Shown piece after piece: positions 47,767 through 57,271 of a stretch of DNA of 64,000 nt (its first letter is position 1; the number at the start of each line of letters is the position of its first letter). Below the pieces are notes generated by a model, which saw only the letters and a list, made by a program, of their open reading frames with translations, was not told the DNA's origin and searched no databases. This DNA comes from Dehalococcoidia bacterium (GTDB lineage: Bacteria > Chloroflexota > Dehalococcoidia > UBA2979), in the NCBI GenBank assembly GCA_963667465.2, contig CAXXDN010000001.1, positions 288,001-352,000 of the forward strand, written 5' to 3'. Both the position numbers and the translations under genes were made by a program.

Positions 47767-48695
47767 TGGCCGCCACGGACATGCAGGGCGCGCACGACCA
47801 GGGCCTGTACCTCCCGAGGCTGTCCTTCCGCAACAAGAAGGGCGCGGCATTCTTCGCGGTCTGCCTCGCCGGCACCCTCGTTGGAGTCGTCTTCCTTGTC
47901 TTCCTGCTGGTCGACGTCTGGCGGGACGGCGCCGGCTTCCTGCGCTGGGAATTCATCCAGAACTTCCCGTCGCGCTTCCCGGAGCGCGCCGGCTTCCAGT
48001 CCGCGCTGTGGGGCAGCCTCTGGCTGATCGCCACGACCGCGCTGCTCGCCTTCCCGATCGGCGTGGGGGCGGCAATCTACCTCGAGGAGTACGCGCCGCG
48101 CGGCTTCGTCACCAGGGCGATCCAGACCAACATCTCGAACCTCGCCGGAGTGCCCTCGATCGTCTTCGGCATCCTCGGCCTGCAGCTGTTCGTGCGCGGC
48201 ACGGTCGGCATCGGTCCGAGCATCGGGGGCGGCTTCGGGCGCTCGCTCATCGCCGGCGGCGCGACGATGGCGCTGCTGATCCTGCCGATCGTGATCGTCG
48301 CTGCGCAGGAGTCGATCCGCGCGGTGCCGCCCTCGCTGCGCGAGGCCTCGTACGGGGTCGGCGCGACACGCTGGCAGACGGTCTGGCACCACGTGCTGCC
48401 GCAGGCGTTCCCGGGCATCATGACGGGCACGATCCTGGCGCTGTCGCGGGCGATCGGTGAGACGGCGCCGCTGATCATGATCGGCGCGCTGACCTTCGTG
48501 GCCTTCCGGCCGGAGAGTCTGCTGGATCCGTTCACGGTGATGCCGATCCAGATCTACAACTGGGTGGCGCGGCCGCAGCCGGAGTTCCAGGATCTCGCGG
48601 CCACGGGCATCATCGTGCTGCTGGTGATGCTACTCTCGATGAACGCGATAGCCGTGCTGCTGCGGCAGTGGACCGGACGGCGCTACGGACGCTAG
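47766..48695 (+). CDS. pstA: Phosphate ABC transporter permease
   Basis: [25 protein letters not shown]. Confidence 0.93.
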   Translation: MAATDMQGAHDQGLYLPRLSFRNKKGAAFFAVCLAGTLVGVVFLVFLLVDVWRDGAGFLRWEFIQNFPSRFPERAGFQSALWGSLWLIATTALLAFPIGVGAAIYLEEYAPRGFVTRAIQTNISNLAGVPSIVFGILGLQLFVRGTVGIGPSIGGGFGRSLIAGGATMALLILPIVIVAAQESIRAVPPSLREASYGVGATRWQTVWHHVLPQAFPGIMTGTILALSRAIGETAPLIMIGALTFVAFRPESLLDPFTVMPIQIYNWVARPQPEFQDLAATGIIVLLVMLLSMNAIAVLLRQWTGRRYGR

Positions 48696-48752
48696 AACGC
48701 AGGCGTACGCTGGCCCCGCTCGCGGGGTCCGGCGGGAGCGAGGAGCCAGCGG

Positions 48753-49634
48753 ATGGTCGGCAACGTGACCGACGAAGCAGAACGTACGGTGGCCGTGGCG
48801 GCGGCCCGCACCGGCAACGTGAGCGTGCAGGCCGGCGTGCGCGCCAAGGAGCCCCTCCCCGCCACCGAGACCAGCATCGCCGTAGAGATTCGCAACATCA
48901 GCCTCTGGTACGGCCAGAAGCAGGCGGTCGGCGGCGTCTCGCTCGACGTTCCTCGCAACCGCGTCACGGCGCTGATCGGGCCCTCCGGCTGCGGCAAGAG
49001 CACGCTGCTGCGCTGCATCAACCGCATGAACGACCTGATCGACGGCGTTACCATCGAGGGCGAGGTCGTCATCGACGGGGCGAACATCTACGCCCCACAC
49101 ACGGAGCCGGCCCAGGTGCGCCGCCACGTCGGCATGGTCTTCCAGAAGCCCAACCCGTTCCCCAAGTCGATCTACGACAACGTCGCCTTCGGGGCGAAGA
49201 TCAACGGCTACACCGGCAACATGGACGACCTCGTTGAAGAGTCGCTGACCAAGGCGGCGCTCTGGGACGAGGTTAAGGGCGACCTCAAGAAGTCCGGACT
49301 GGCGCTCTCCGGCGGACAGCAGCAGCGGCTCTGCATCGCCCGCGCGATCGCGGTGAACCCGGAGATCGTGCTGATGGACGAGCCCTGTTCCGCCCTCGAC
49401 CCGATCGCAACGCAGCGGATCGAGGACCTGATGCTCGAGCTGGCGAACGACTACACAATCGTGGTAGTCACGCATAACATGCAGCAGGCGGCGCGCGTTT
49501 CGCACAAGACGGCGTTCATGCTCGCCGAGGATGACCTCGTTGGACGGCTGGTCGAGTTCTCCGACACCGACGAGATCTTCCTCAACCCGCAGGACAGCCG
49601 CACAGAGGAATACATCACCGGCCGCTTCGGCTAG
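48753..49634 (+). CDS. pstB: Phosphate ABC transporter ATPase
   Basis: [32 protein letters not shown]. Confidence 0.95.
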   Translation: MVGNVTDEAERTVAVAAARTGNVSVQAGVRAKEPLPATETSIAVEIRNISLWYGQKQAVGGVSLDVPRNRVTALIGPSGCGKSTLLRCINRMNDLIDGVTIEGEVVIDGANIYAPHTEPAQVRRHVGMVFQKPNPFPKSIYDNVAFGAKINGYTGNMDDLVEESLTKAALWDEVKGDLKKSGLALSGGQQQRLCIARAIAVNPEIVLMDEPCSALDPIATQRIEDLMLELANDYTIVVVTHNMQQAARVSHKTAFMLAEDDLVGRLVEFSDTDEIFLNPQDSRTEEYITGRFG

Positions 49635-49746
49635 TCCCCGACGCAGCCCCACGCGGGCGCCCGCGAGTCGCGTTGGCGGCGGCACGCAGCAGCGGCGACC
49701 CTGTCGGCAGAAGGACTGCCACCGCCGGATCGGAGCACCATCGGAC

Positions 49747-50412
49747 ATGCCGCGCGAGCAGTTCCAGGCCGACCTCGACCAGCTCCAGGACGGCCTGCTC
49801 GAGATGGGCGCGATGGTCGATCGCCAGATCGAGCGCTGCATCGTGGCGCTCGTCGAGCGCGACGTCGCACTCGCGGACGCCGTGATCCGCGACGACGCCG
49901 AGGTCAACCGCAAGCGCTTCGACCTCGACAACCAGGTCCTGCACCTGCTCGCTCAGCAAGGGCCGATGGCGCGCGACCTGCGCGTCGTGATCTCGGTGCT
50001 CTCGATGGTTGTCGACCTCGAGCGGATGGGGGACCACGCCAAGGGCATCGGCTCGATCGTGCAGATGATGTCGGACCAGCCGCTGGTCAAGCCGCTCGTC
50101 GACATCCCCGAGATGGCGACACGTGCGCGCTCGATGCTCAACAACGCCCTCGACGCCTTCGTCACCGGCGACATCGAGGCCGCCTACCGGGTCGGGCAGG
50201 CGGACGACGGGGTCGACGAGCTGCAGGACCGCGTCTACCAGGATCTGGTCGCGATCATGATCAACGACCCCACGACGGTGGAGCCGTGCACGCACCTGCT
50301 CTGGGTGGCGCACAACCTCGAGCGGATCGCGGACCGCACCACGAACATCGCTGAGCGCGTCGTCTTCGCGGAGACGGGCGAGATCGTCGAGATGGACCTC
50401 TCGACCTACTAG
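49747..50412 (+). CDS. phoU: Phosphate signaling protein PhoU
   Basis: P.ARDLR, DLERMGDHA, NLERIADRTTNIAE. Confidence 0.95.
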   Translation: MPREQFQADLDQLQDGLLEMGAMVDRQIERCIVALVERDVALADAVIRDDAEVNRKRFDLDNQVLHLLAQQGPMARDLRVVISVLSMVVDLERMGDHAKGIGSIVQMMSDQPLVKPLVDIPEMATRARSMLNNALDAFVTGDIEAAYRVGQADDGVDELQDRVYQDLVAIMINDPTTVEPCTHLLWVAHNLERIADRTTNIAERVVFAETGEIVEMDLSTY

Positions 50413-51119
50413 CCCTCGCGCTGGCCAGCGTCCTCGGAGCCCGGCGGGCTCGCCGCCCGCACGAGCTGATAGAGCAGCGCGCCGAGGATGGCGCCGGCGA
50501 TCGGCCCAACCCAGTAGACCCAGTGGTCCGTCCACGTCCCGGAGAGCAGCGCGGGGCCGAACGAGCGCGCGGGGTTCATCGAGGCGCCCGCGATTGGTCC
50601 GGAGAACGTGGCGGCGAGGCCGACGTAGCCGCCGATGGCGATCGCGGCAGTGCCGCGCACGGCACGCGCGTCGGTGGCGACGGCCATGATCACGAACATC
50701 AGGAAGGTGGTGATCACCACCTCGAGGCCGAGCGCCTGGGCGGCGGTGTCTCCCGGTACGGTGCTGCCGAGGCCGGCGACACGCCCGAACAGCCAGCGCA
50801 GCACCAGTCCGGCCGCGGCCGCTCCGGCCAGCTGCGCGCCGAGGTAGGGCAGCACGTGCGCGCGGGGGAAGCGCCCGGCGACGGCGAAGGCGATGGTCAC
50901 CGCCGGGTTGATGTGCGCGCCGGAAATGTGCCCGGTCGCGAAGACCGCGGCCATCACCGCCAGCCCGAAACTGAGACCGATTCCGAGCGACCCGACCCCG
51001 CCTCCCGAGACGGCGTCGATGACGATCGCGCCGGGGCCGGCGAAGACGAGCAGGAACGTGCCGAGCGATTCAGCCGCGTACGCCCGCCCGTGATCGAACT
51101 TCGGGAGCCAGTCGCGCAT
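50409..51119 (-). CDS. MIP family channel (aquaporin/aquaglyceroporin)
   Basis: AESLGTF, SGAHINPAVT, GASMNPARSFGP. Confidence 0.92.
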   Translation of the reverse strand: MRDWLPKFDHGRAYAAESLGTFLLVFAGPGAIVIDAVSGGGVGSLGIGLSFGLAVMAAVFATGHISGAHINPAVTIAFAVAGRFPRAHVLPYLGAQLAGAAAAGLVLRWLFGRVAGLGSTVPGDTAAQALGLEVVITTFLMFVIMAVATDARAVRGTAAIAIGGYVGLAATFSGPIAGASMNPARSFGPALLSGTWTDHWVYWVGPIAGAILGALLYQLVRAASPPGSEDAGQREG

Positions 51120-51125
51120 CGCCGG

Positions 51126-51157
51126 AGGGTAGCGCGAGGCGGTTACGCCGTCGTTAA
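51126..51157 (-). promoter_or_regulatory. Pho-box-like repeat and -10 element of the MIP gene (likely leaderless)
   Basis: Minus strand TTAACG-N5-GTAACC, 9 nt, TACCCT, 6 nt, ATG. Confidence 0.5.
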
Positions 51158-51180
51158 TCTGGCCCTCGGCCAGCCGCCCG

Positions 51181-51207
51181 GCGCCGCCTGCCGGGCAGGG
51201 GTTGCGC
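51181..51207. repeat. 27-bp direct repeat, left copy
   Basis: GCGCCGCCTGCCGGGCAGGGGTTGCGC; 26/27 identical to 51951-51977. Confidence 0.9.
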
Positions 51208-51342
51208 CAGCGCACGCCTGGCGAGGGCACCACTACCTGCTGCTCGCATCGCGCCAGCCCACTACCCAACCAACCTCCGTTCGCGGCGATGTACCATGAG
51301 TGCATCCGCTCGCTCGCCGTTGGCGAGCCGGGAAGGTAACGG

Positions 51343-51576
51343 ATGATGAGGACGCTGGACAGGATCACCATCGATCCAGCCGTCATGGGCGGCAAGGCCT
51401 GCATCCGCGGGATGCGGGTCACAGTGGGGACCGTCGTGGGACTGTTGGCGTCCGGCCGCTCGCCTGCCGACATCCTGGAGTCCTATCCGAATCTTGAGCA
51501 AGAGGACATCGAGCAGTCTCTGGCTTACGCAGCCTGGAGACTGGAGGAACGAGAAGTTCCCCTCTCCTCACCGTGA
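51343..51576 (+). CDS. DUF433 antitoxin
   Basis: RITIDP..MGGKACIRGMRVTV, YPNLEQEDI. Confidence 0.9.
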   Translation: MMRTLDRITIDPAVMGGKACIRGMRVTVGTVVGLLASGRSPADILESYPNLEQEDIEQSLAYAAWRLEEREVPLSSP

Positions 51577-51941
51577 GGCCAAAGCTCCTGCTCGACATGA
51601 ACCTGTCGCCCGAATGGGTGCGGACGTTGCAGGAACAGGGGTGGGAGGCTGTGCACTGGTCCACCATCGGCGACCCAGGGGCCCCCGACAGGGAGATCAT
51701 GGACTGGGCGGCCTCTCACCAGTATGTCGTGTTCACCCACGATCTCGACTTCGGGACCATGCTGGCGCTATCGCACCGGGCTGGCCCCAGTGTGTTTCAG
51801 ATTCGGGCCGCGAACATACTGCCAGATCAGTTGGAGGGGTCCGTCATCGCCGCGCTCAGTCAGCATGAGGCAGACCTGGCGTCTGGAGCACTGGTAGTCG
51901 TTGACCAGAGCCGGAGCACGGTTCGAGTCTTGCCACTCTGA
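51573..51941 (+). CDS. DUF5615 PIN-like toxin
   Basis: LLLDMNLSP, HWS, APDREI, THDLDFG. Confidence 0.88.
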   Translation: MRPKLLLDMNLSPEWVRTLQEQGWEAVHWSTIGDPGAPDREIMDWAASHQYVVFTHDLDFGTMLALSHRAGPSVFQIRAANILPDQLEGSVIAALSQHEADLASGALVVVDQSRSTVRVLPL

Positions 51942-51950
51942 GATCGTAGA

Positions 51951-51977
51951 GCGCCGCCCGCCGGGCAGGGGTTGCGC
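51951..51977. repeat. 27-bp direct repeat, right copy
   Basis: GCGCCGCCCGCCGGGCAGGGGTTGCGC. Confidence 0.9.
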
Positions 51978-52000
51978 GGCGGGCCTACACTCGTGCTCCG

Positions 52001-53620
52001 GTGCAGCGAGCAGTCTCCCCAACCGACTCGCCCTCCTGCCTCGACCACGAAATCGAGTGGCAGTTCGTCGTCGACGATCTCGCCGAGGCGGAGCGCGTCC
52101 TGCGGCACGAAGCGACGGCCGATGGGCTGAGCCTGGAGCCGCTCGGCGAGCAGCAGCTCATCGATCAGTACCTGGACACGGACGCGTGGGCGTTTCACCG
52201 CGCGGGGTTCGCGCTGCGGCTGCGCGACGAGGGCGGCCCGCCCCTGGCAGAGCTGAAGGCGCTGGCCGGGCGAGACGACGGCTCCGAGGAGCACGCGCCG
52301 CTGCGAAGGCTGGAGATCAGCGAGCGGCTCAGCGCGGCCTACCCGCTCACGCCCCTGGCCGGGCTGCGGGCCGGGTCGGGGCCGGTCTCGCGACGCGTGC
52401 GCGACGTTGCCGGGAACGACGCGCTGCGACCGCTGTTCACCCTGCGCACCGTGCGGCGCCGTTTCGCGCTGCGCTCGGGCTGCGCAACGCTTGCCGAGAT
52501 CGCGATCGACGACACATCGATCCTGCGCGCGGAAGGCGGTGTGGCGGCCGGGTTGCGCCGCCTCGAGGTCGAGGCCGGCGGGGAGGGCACGCCGGAGCGT
52601 GTCGAGCCGTTCGCGCGGCGGCTGCGCGCGGACGCCGGGCTGCAGCCGGCGGAGGGCTCGAAGTTCGAGGCCGGGCTCGCGGCGGTCGCTCTGCAGCCCG
52701 CCCCTCCGCCCGACCTGGGCCCGACAGGCTACGACCACGCCTCGAGCCTCGCGGAGCTGGCCCGCGCCGCGCTGCGACGCCAGCTCGCGGCCTGCCTCGC
52801 CGAAGAGCCGGGGGCGCGGCTGGGCGACCACGTCGAGGCGTTGCACCGCATGCGCGTCGCCAGCCGCCGGATGCGGGCGGTGACGCGCAGCTTCGCGGAG
52901 GCGCTGGCGCCGGAGTTGCTCGCGCTGCGCGAGGAGTGGCGCTGGATCGCCGACGCGCTCGGCGAGGTCCGCGACCTCGACGTGCAGATCGAAGCGCTCG
53001 GCGAGTCGGATGCCGCCCTCGCGCCGCTGCGCGAGCAGCTGCGAGCGGCGCGCCGCGAGGCGCGCGTGGAGCTGCTGGCGGCGCTGAACTCGCCACGCTA
53101 CGAGGCGCTTATCGAAGGCATGGCCGAAGCCTTGCGCGGACCGCCCACGACCACCGGAGAGGGCGAGCGGCCCGCGCATCTCGCGGTTCCGGGGCTGCTG
53201 CGCAAAGCCCGCAAGCGGCTCCGGCGCACCGTCCGGCGCCTCGACGGCGCCGCGCCGGCGCGCGAGTACCACCGGGCGCGGATCCGGGCGAAGCGCGTGC
53301 GCTACGCGACCGAGTGCGTCGCCGACCTCTACGGCGAGCCGGCCCGGGAGCTGATCGGGGCGCTCAAGGAGGTGCAGGACGTGCTCGGCCGCAGCCAGGA
53401 CGCCGCGATCGCGATCGACCGGCTCCAGGGGATCGCTCACACCGATCGCGAGACACCGCCCGGGACGCTGTTCGCGATGGGCCGCCTGGCCGAACGCGAA
53501 GCCCGCGTGCTCGCCACACGGGACGAGGCCTTCCGCGCTGCGTGGGCTCGCTTCCGGAAGTGCTGGAAGCGATTCGACCGGGCGCTCGACGAAGGCGTCA
53601 GCTCCGGAGGATCGCGATGA
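52001..53620 (+). CDS. CYTH + CHAD domain protein (polyphosphate binding/metabolism)
   Basis: EIEWQF, YLDT, ALRLR, LEVE; LHRMRVASRRMR, LGEVRDLDV, HRARIRAKRVRY, QDVLG. Confidence 0.88.
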   Translation: MQRAVSPTDSPSCLDHEIEWQFVVDDLAEAERVLRHEATADGLSLEPLGEQQLIDQYLDTDAWAFHRAGFALRLRDEGGPPLAELKALAGRDDGSEEHAPLRRLEISERLSAAYPLTPLAGLRAGSGPVSRRVRDVAGNDALRPLFTLRTVRRRFALRSGCATLAEIAIDDTSILRAEGGVAAGLRRLEVEAGGEGTPERVEPFARRLRADAGLQPAEGSKFEAGLAAVALQPAPPPDLGPTGYDHASSLAELARAALRRQLAACLAEEPGARLGDHVEALHRMRVASRRMRAVTRSFAEALAPELLALREEWRWIADALGEVRDLDVQIEALGESDAALAPLREQLRAARREARVELLAALNSPRYEALIEGMAEALRGPPTTTGEGERPAHLAVPGLLRKARKRLRRTVRRLDGAAPAREYHRARIRAKRVRYATECVADLYGEPARELIGALKEVQDVLGRSQDAAIAIDRLQGIAHTDRETPPGTLFAMGRLAEREARVLATRDEAFRAAWARFRKCWKRFDRALDEGVSSGGSR

Positions 53621-54165
53621 ACCTCTACCTCGTGCGCCACGCGATCGCCGAGGAACGCGACGCACGACGCTGGCCCGACGACGCGCTGCGCCCGCTGTCC
53701 GATCGCGGCCGCCGCCGCTTCGAGCGCGCGGCCTCGGGGCTGCGCCGGCTCGGCATCGAGGTGGACGTGCTGCTGACCAGCCCCTACGTGCGGGCCTGGG
53801 CGACCGCCGTGATCCTGTCCTCGGAGGCCGGCTGGCCGGCGCCGGTCGTCTTCGACTCCGAGCGGCCGAGGAGCAGGCCGGAGCACGCGCTTGCCGAGCT
53901 CGCCCGGATCGCGGAGCAGCGCAGCAGCATCGGCGAGGGCCGCGCGATCGCGCTCGTCGGCCACGAGCCGGACCTCGGTCAGCTCGCCTCGGTGCTGCTG
54001 ACCGGCGAGGCGCACGCGCTGTGGCTGCACTGGCGCAAGGGCGGCGTCGCCTGCCTGCGCTGCGACCCGGCGCTGCTGCCGGGGAGCGCGACCCTCGAGG
54101 AGTACCTGCCGCCGAAGGTGCTGCGCGGCCTCGCGGGCCGCCGGCAGCGCCGCGCGGAGGGCTAG
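53617..54165 (+). CDS. sixA: SixA-like histidine phosphatase
   Basis: LYLVRHAIA, RPLS, TSPYVRA, LVGHEPDL. Confidence 0.85.
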   Translation: MNLYLVRHAIAEERDARRWPDDALRPLSDRGRRRFERAASGLRRLGIEVDVLLTSPYVRAWATAVILSSEAGWPAPVVFDSERPRSRPEHALAELARIAEQRSSIGEGRAIALVGHEPDLGQLASVLLTGEAHALWLHWRKGGVACLRCDPALLPGSATLEEYLPPKVLRGLAGRRQRRAEG

Positions 54166-55712
54166 CCTCCGCTCGCGACGCCGACCCTCCCTCGCTCGTC
54201 CTCGATCAGCAGTCGCCTGCCGAAGACCTGCTCGAGGCGCCCGGCGATCCGCTCCGGACGCCAGCTGGAGCGCCCCGGCAGCAGCACGCGCAGGTCGCCG
54301 CCCGCATCCAGCGTCACCCGGGGCGGAGCACCGACCGGCAGGCGCAGCTCCATCCCGTCGGCGAGCACGAGAATCGCGGCCGCCCGCTGCAGCGCCTCGT
54401 CATCCTCGGGCCCGAGCAGGGGGCGCAGCACGCGCGCCAGCGTCTGCGGGCGGTGCGCGATGCGGATCAGGGCCGCGAGGCGCGCCACGGCGGCGTGGGC
54501 GAAGCCACTGAGGTCCGCGCTCAGCACGATGTCCGCGGCGGCGCGCTGGCGCCGGTAGGCGTCGACGGAGCCGCCGATGTCGTAGAGCGTCGAGGCGTAG
54601 CGCAGCGTCTCGCGCTGGCCCTCGTCGGCCTCGGGGTCGAGCAGCGCGAGCAGCAGCTCGACAATGCCGGTGCGGCGGCGGGCGCGATCGTCGTCCCAGC
54701 TCGCGAAGCGTCGCGCGAGCGCGCCGACCGAGGCGCGGCGCACGATGGGCGGGTCGGGCAATGCTCCGTCGCCGCGCGCGACGCCCTCGCGCAGGCCCTG
54801 CCCGGAGACGAGCAGCGAGCGCCCTCGCACGTGCTCGGCCACTGCGAGCACGCCACTCGCGCCGGCCACGATGATGTCGCTGCGATCGCGGTTCAGGCCG
54901 GGCACGAGACGGCGCTGCGGCGGGGTGAGGCTCGCGAGGCGGTTGCGCACGCGACGCAGGCGGCGCGAGGTCAGCGTGTAGCCGTGGACCCGCACGATCG
55001 GGTAGCGCCGCCCGCGACGGCTCACCGCCGCGAGATTGCGGACCGTCCCGCCGGTCCCCACCAGCACCTCGTCCTTCGCGAGGCGCGGCACGCCCGCGCT
55101 GACGAGCTCGGCGCGGACGTGCAGGCGCAGCGCCTCGATCTCCTCGTCCGCGGGAGGATCCGAGGGCAGGAAGCGATCGGTCAGCCTCAGCGTGCCAAGC
55201 GGGAAGCTCCAGGTCTCGCGGATCGCGCGATCGCGGAAGCGCGCAATCTGCAGGCTCCCTCCGCCGAGATCGACGACCAGCCCATGCTCGACCGGCAGAC
55301 CGTAGATCGCCCCGAGGGCGGCGCGGCGCCCCTCGGTCTCCCCGTCGAGCAGCTCCAGCTCGACGCCCCAGCGGTCGCGGATCGCCGCCTCGAGGTCGAG
55401 CGCGTTGCCGGCGTCGCGCAGGGCCGCGGTGCCGACGGCGCAGACGCGGGCAACCCCCCGCCGCGCGGCGAGCGCCATGAAGTCAGCGAGGACGGTGAGC
55501 GTGCGATCGATCGTGTCCGCCGAGAGGCCGCCGGTGGCATCGACGGCGCGGGCGAGGCGCACTGTGGCGCGCGGCTCGGCGATCACCTCGAGGTACCCGT
55601 CGTTGCGAGGCCGCGCGATCATCATCCGCAGGGAATTCGAGCCGACATCGATGACGGCGATCGGCTCCGGCTCGCCGGGGCTGGCGTGCGGACCCGTCAG
55701 GCGTACGTTCAT
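54162..55712 (-). CDS. ppx: Ppx/GppA exopolyphosphatase
   Basis: IDVGSNSLRM, GTAALRDA, DLGGGS, GTGGT, GLREG; degenerate HD-like tail (LYDIG). Confidence 0.9.
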   Translation of the reverse strand: MNVRLTGPHASPGEPEPIAVIDVGSNSLRMMIARPRNDGYLEVIAEPRATVRLARAVDATGGLSADTIDRTLTVLADFMALAARRGVARVCAVGTAALRDAGNALDLEAAIRDRWGVELELLDGETEGRRAALGAIYGLPVEHGLVVDLGGGSLQIARFRDRAIRETWSFPLGTLRLTDRFLPSDPPADEEIEALRLHVRAELVSAGVPRLAKDEVLVGTGGTVRNLAAVSRRGRRYPIVRVHGYTLTSRRLRRVRNRLASLTPPQRRLVPGLNRDRSDIIVAGASGVLAVAEHVRGRSLLVSGQGLREGVARGDGALPDPPIVRRASVGALARRFASWDDDRARRRTGIVELLLALLDPEADEGQRETLRYASTLYDIGGSVDAYRRQRAAADIVLSADLSGFAHAAVARLAALIRIAHRPQTLARVLRPLLGPEDDEALQRAAAILVLADGMELRLPVGAPPRVTLDAGGDLRVLLPGRSSWRPERIAGRLEQVFGRRLLIEDERGRVGVASGG

Positions 55713-55901
55713 GCGCCGACCCGTGTGCGCGGTTCGCGCCGTGGCGGGGAGCTATCGGGCAGCCATGATACCGGCAGGGCCGGTTGTGGTATGCAGCGCT
55801 GCGCACGCCGCGCCGCCGAACCGGGGCATTCGAGGCGCCCGGCTGGACTCGGAGCGGCGGTGGCGCACATCATGGAAGGGCAGAGCGAAAGGCGCCCCGC
55901 C

Positions 55902-56075
55902 ATGAAGATCTTCCGCAGGCTCTTTATCCTCGCCGCCATCGCAGGCATCGTGGCCGTCGCCGCCAGGAAACTCGGGCTCATCGGAGAGCGCGAGGACGAC
56001 TCGTTCGACTTCGTGTTCGAGGACTCAGCGGACGACGACTCAGCGGACGACGGCGACGACGACGCTTCCGAGTAG
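55902..56075 (+). CDS. Small membrane-anchored protein with acidic tail
   Basis: MKIFRRLFILAAIAGIVAVAA followed by a D/E-rich tail; RBS-like AAAGG. Confidence 0.5.
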   Translation: MKIFRRLFILAAIAGIVAVAARKLGLIGEREDDSFDFVFEDSADDDSADDGDDDASE

Positions 56076-56228
56076 CGCGATCAGCACGATCGCCATGGCG
56101 ACGCGCAGGAGCACGTTCCCCCAGGCCCGGTGGGCCGGCGGGTCCCAGTACGCGTATCCCGCCTCCTCGGTGAGATCAGGGTCGAGGTCGCCCTCGCTGG
56201 ACTCGATCCAGTCGCCGTCGTTACTCAC
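56040..56228 (-). CDS. Small single-TM hypothetical protein
   Basis: EGDLDPDLTEEAGY..WDPP plus C-terminal TM segment. Confidence 0.55.
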   Translation of the reverse strand: MSNDGDWIESSEGDLDPDLTEEAGYAYWDPPAHRAWGNVLLRVAMAIVLIALLGSVVVAVVR

Positions 56229-56331
56229 GCCTGCGCCTCGCCAGCTCCCGAGCGCCACGCGGCAGCCCGCCCGTGCAGGCTAGCGAACGCGGGCACGGCG
56301 GCGCCAGCGCCCGCGGCGAACGGGCGGCGGC

Positions 56332-57255
56332 GTGACTGCCTCCGCGCAGATCGAGGATCACGATCTCGGGGCGATCGAGGAAGCCACGCTCGACCTCGGC
56401 CGGCTCGCGGGCGAGCGCATCACGGAAGCGCTCGAACGCGAGATCGTCGTCGAGTACAAGGACGAGACCACCACCGCGGGCGGCGCCCCCACCAACCCCG
56501 TCTCCGAGACCGATCGCGCCATCGAGGCGCTGCTGCGCGAGCAGATCGCCGAGCGCTTGCCTGAGCACGGCGTGATCGGCGAGGAGGTAGGTGACGACGA
56601 CGAGGCCGGCCGCGAGTTCGTCTGGGTCCTCGATCCGGTCGACGGCACCGCGAACTTCGTCAACGGCTTCCCGCTGTTCGCCTGCTCGATCGGCGTGCTG
56701 CATCGCGGGCGGCCCGTGGCCGGCGCGATCTGGTGCTCGACCTCGCACGCGCTGCGACCCGGCGTCTACCACGCGCGCGAGGGCGGCCCGCTGCACTTCG
56801 AGGGCGAGCCGGCGCCGCTCGGCCGGCCCAGTGTGGGCGTCACGCGCCGCCTCGGCGCCGCGCCGGGCGGCGCGCCCGGCCGCCTGCGCAGTCTGGATAC
56901 GCGAGTCACGGGGTCGGCGGCGCTGGAGTGCGCCTTCGTCGCCGCCGGCATCTTCCAGTCGGCGATCTTCGGCTCGCCGAGCATCTGGGACGTGGCCGCC
57001 GGCGTCTGCCTCGTGCGCTCCTCGGGCCGCGTCGCGCTCACGATGCAGGGCAAGGAGTGGAGCGCCCTCGAACGCTTCGAGGCGCCCGCGTCCGTCCGCG
57101 GCGACCGCCCGCCGACGATCCGCGACTGGCGACAGCCGCTGATCCTCGGCACGGAGGACGAGGCCGAGGCGTTGGTCCGCCGCTCGCGCAGCCTGGGGGT
57201 GCGCTGGATGCGGGCGCGCTGGCGGCTGAGGCAGCGATTGGGGCGCTGGCTCTAG
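56332..57255 (+). CDS. Inositol monophosphatase family
   Basis: GEE, WVLDPVDGTANF, GSAAL, WDVAAG. Confidence 0.9.
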   Translation: MTASAQIEDHDLGAIEEATLDLGRLAGERITEALEREIVVEYKDETTTAGGAPTNPVSETDRAIEALLREQIAERLPEHGVIGEEVGDDDEAGREFVWVLDPVDGTANFVNGFPLFACSIGVLHRGRPVAGAIWCSTSHALRPGVYHAREGGPLHFEGEPAPLGRPSVGVTRRLGAAPGGAPGRLRSLDTRVTGSAALECAFVAAGIFQSAIFGSPSIWDVAAGVCLVRSSGRVALTMQGKEWSALERFEAPASVRGDRPPTIRDWRQPLILGTEDEAEALVRRSRSLGVRWMRARWRLRQRLGRWL

Positions 57256-57271
57256 CCGTGACGGGCCGCTG

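Noticed and set aside
51901-56075. Long ORFs 51901-54165 and 54021-56075
   Set aside because: Shadow frames over CYTH-CHAD and ppx; only their C-terminal ends (SixA and the small protein) look real.
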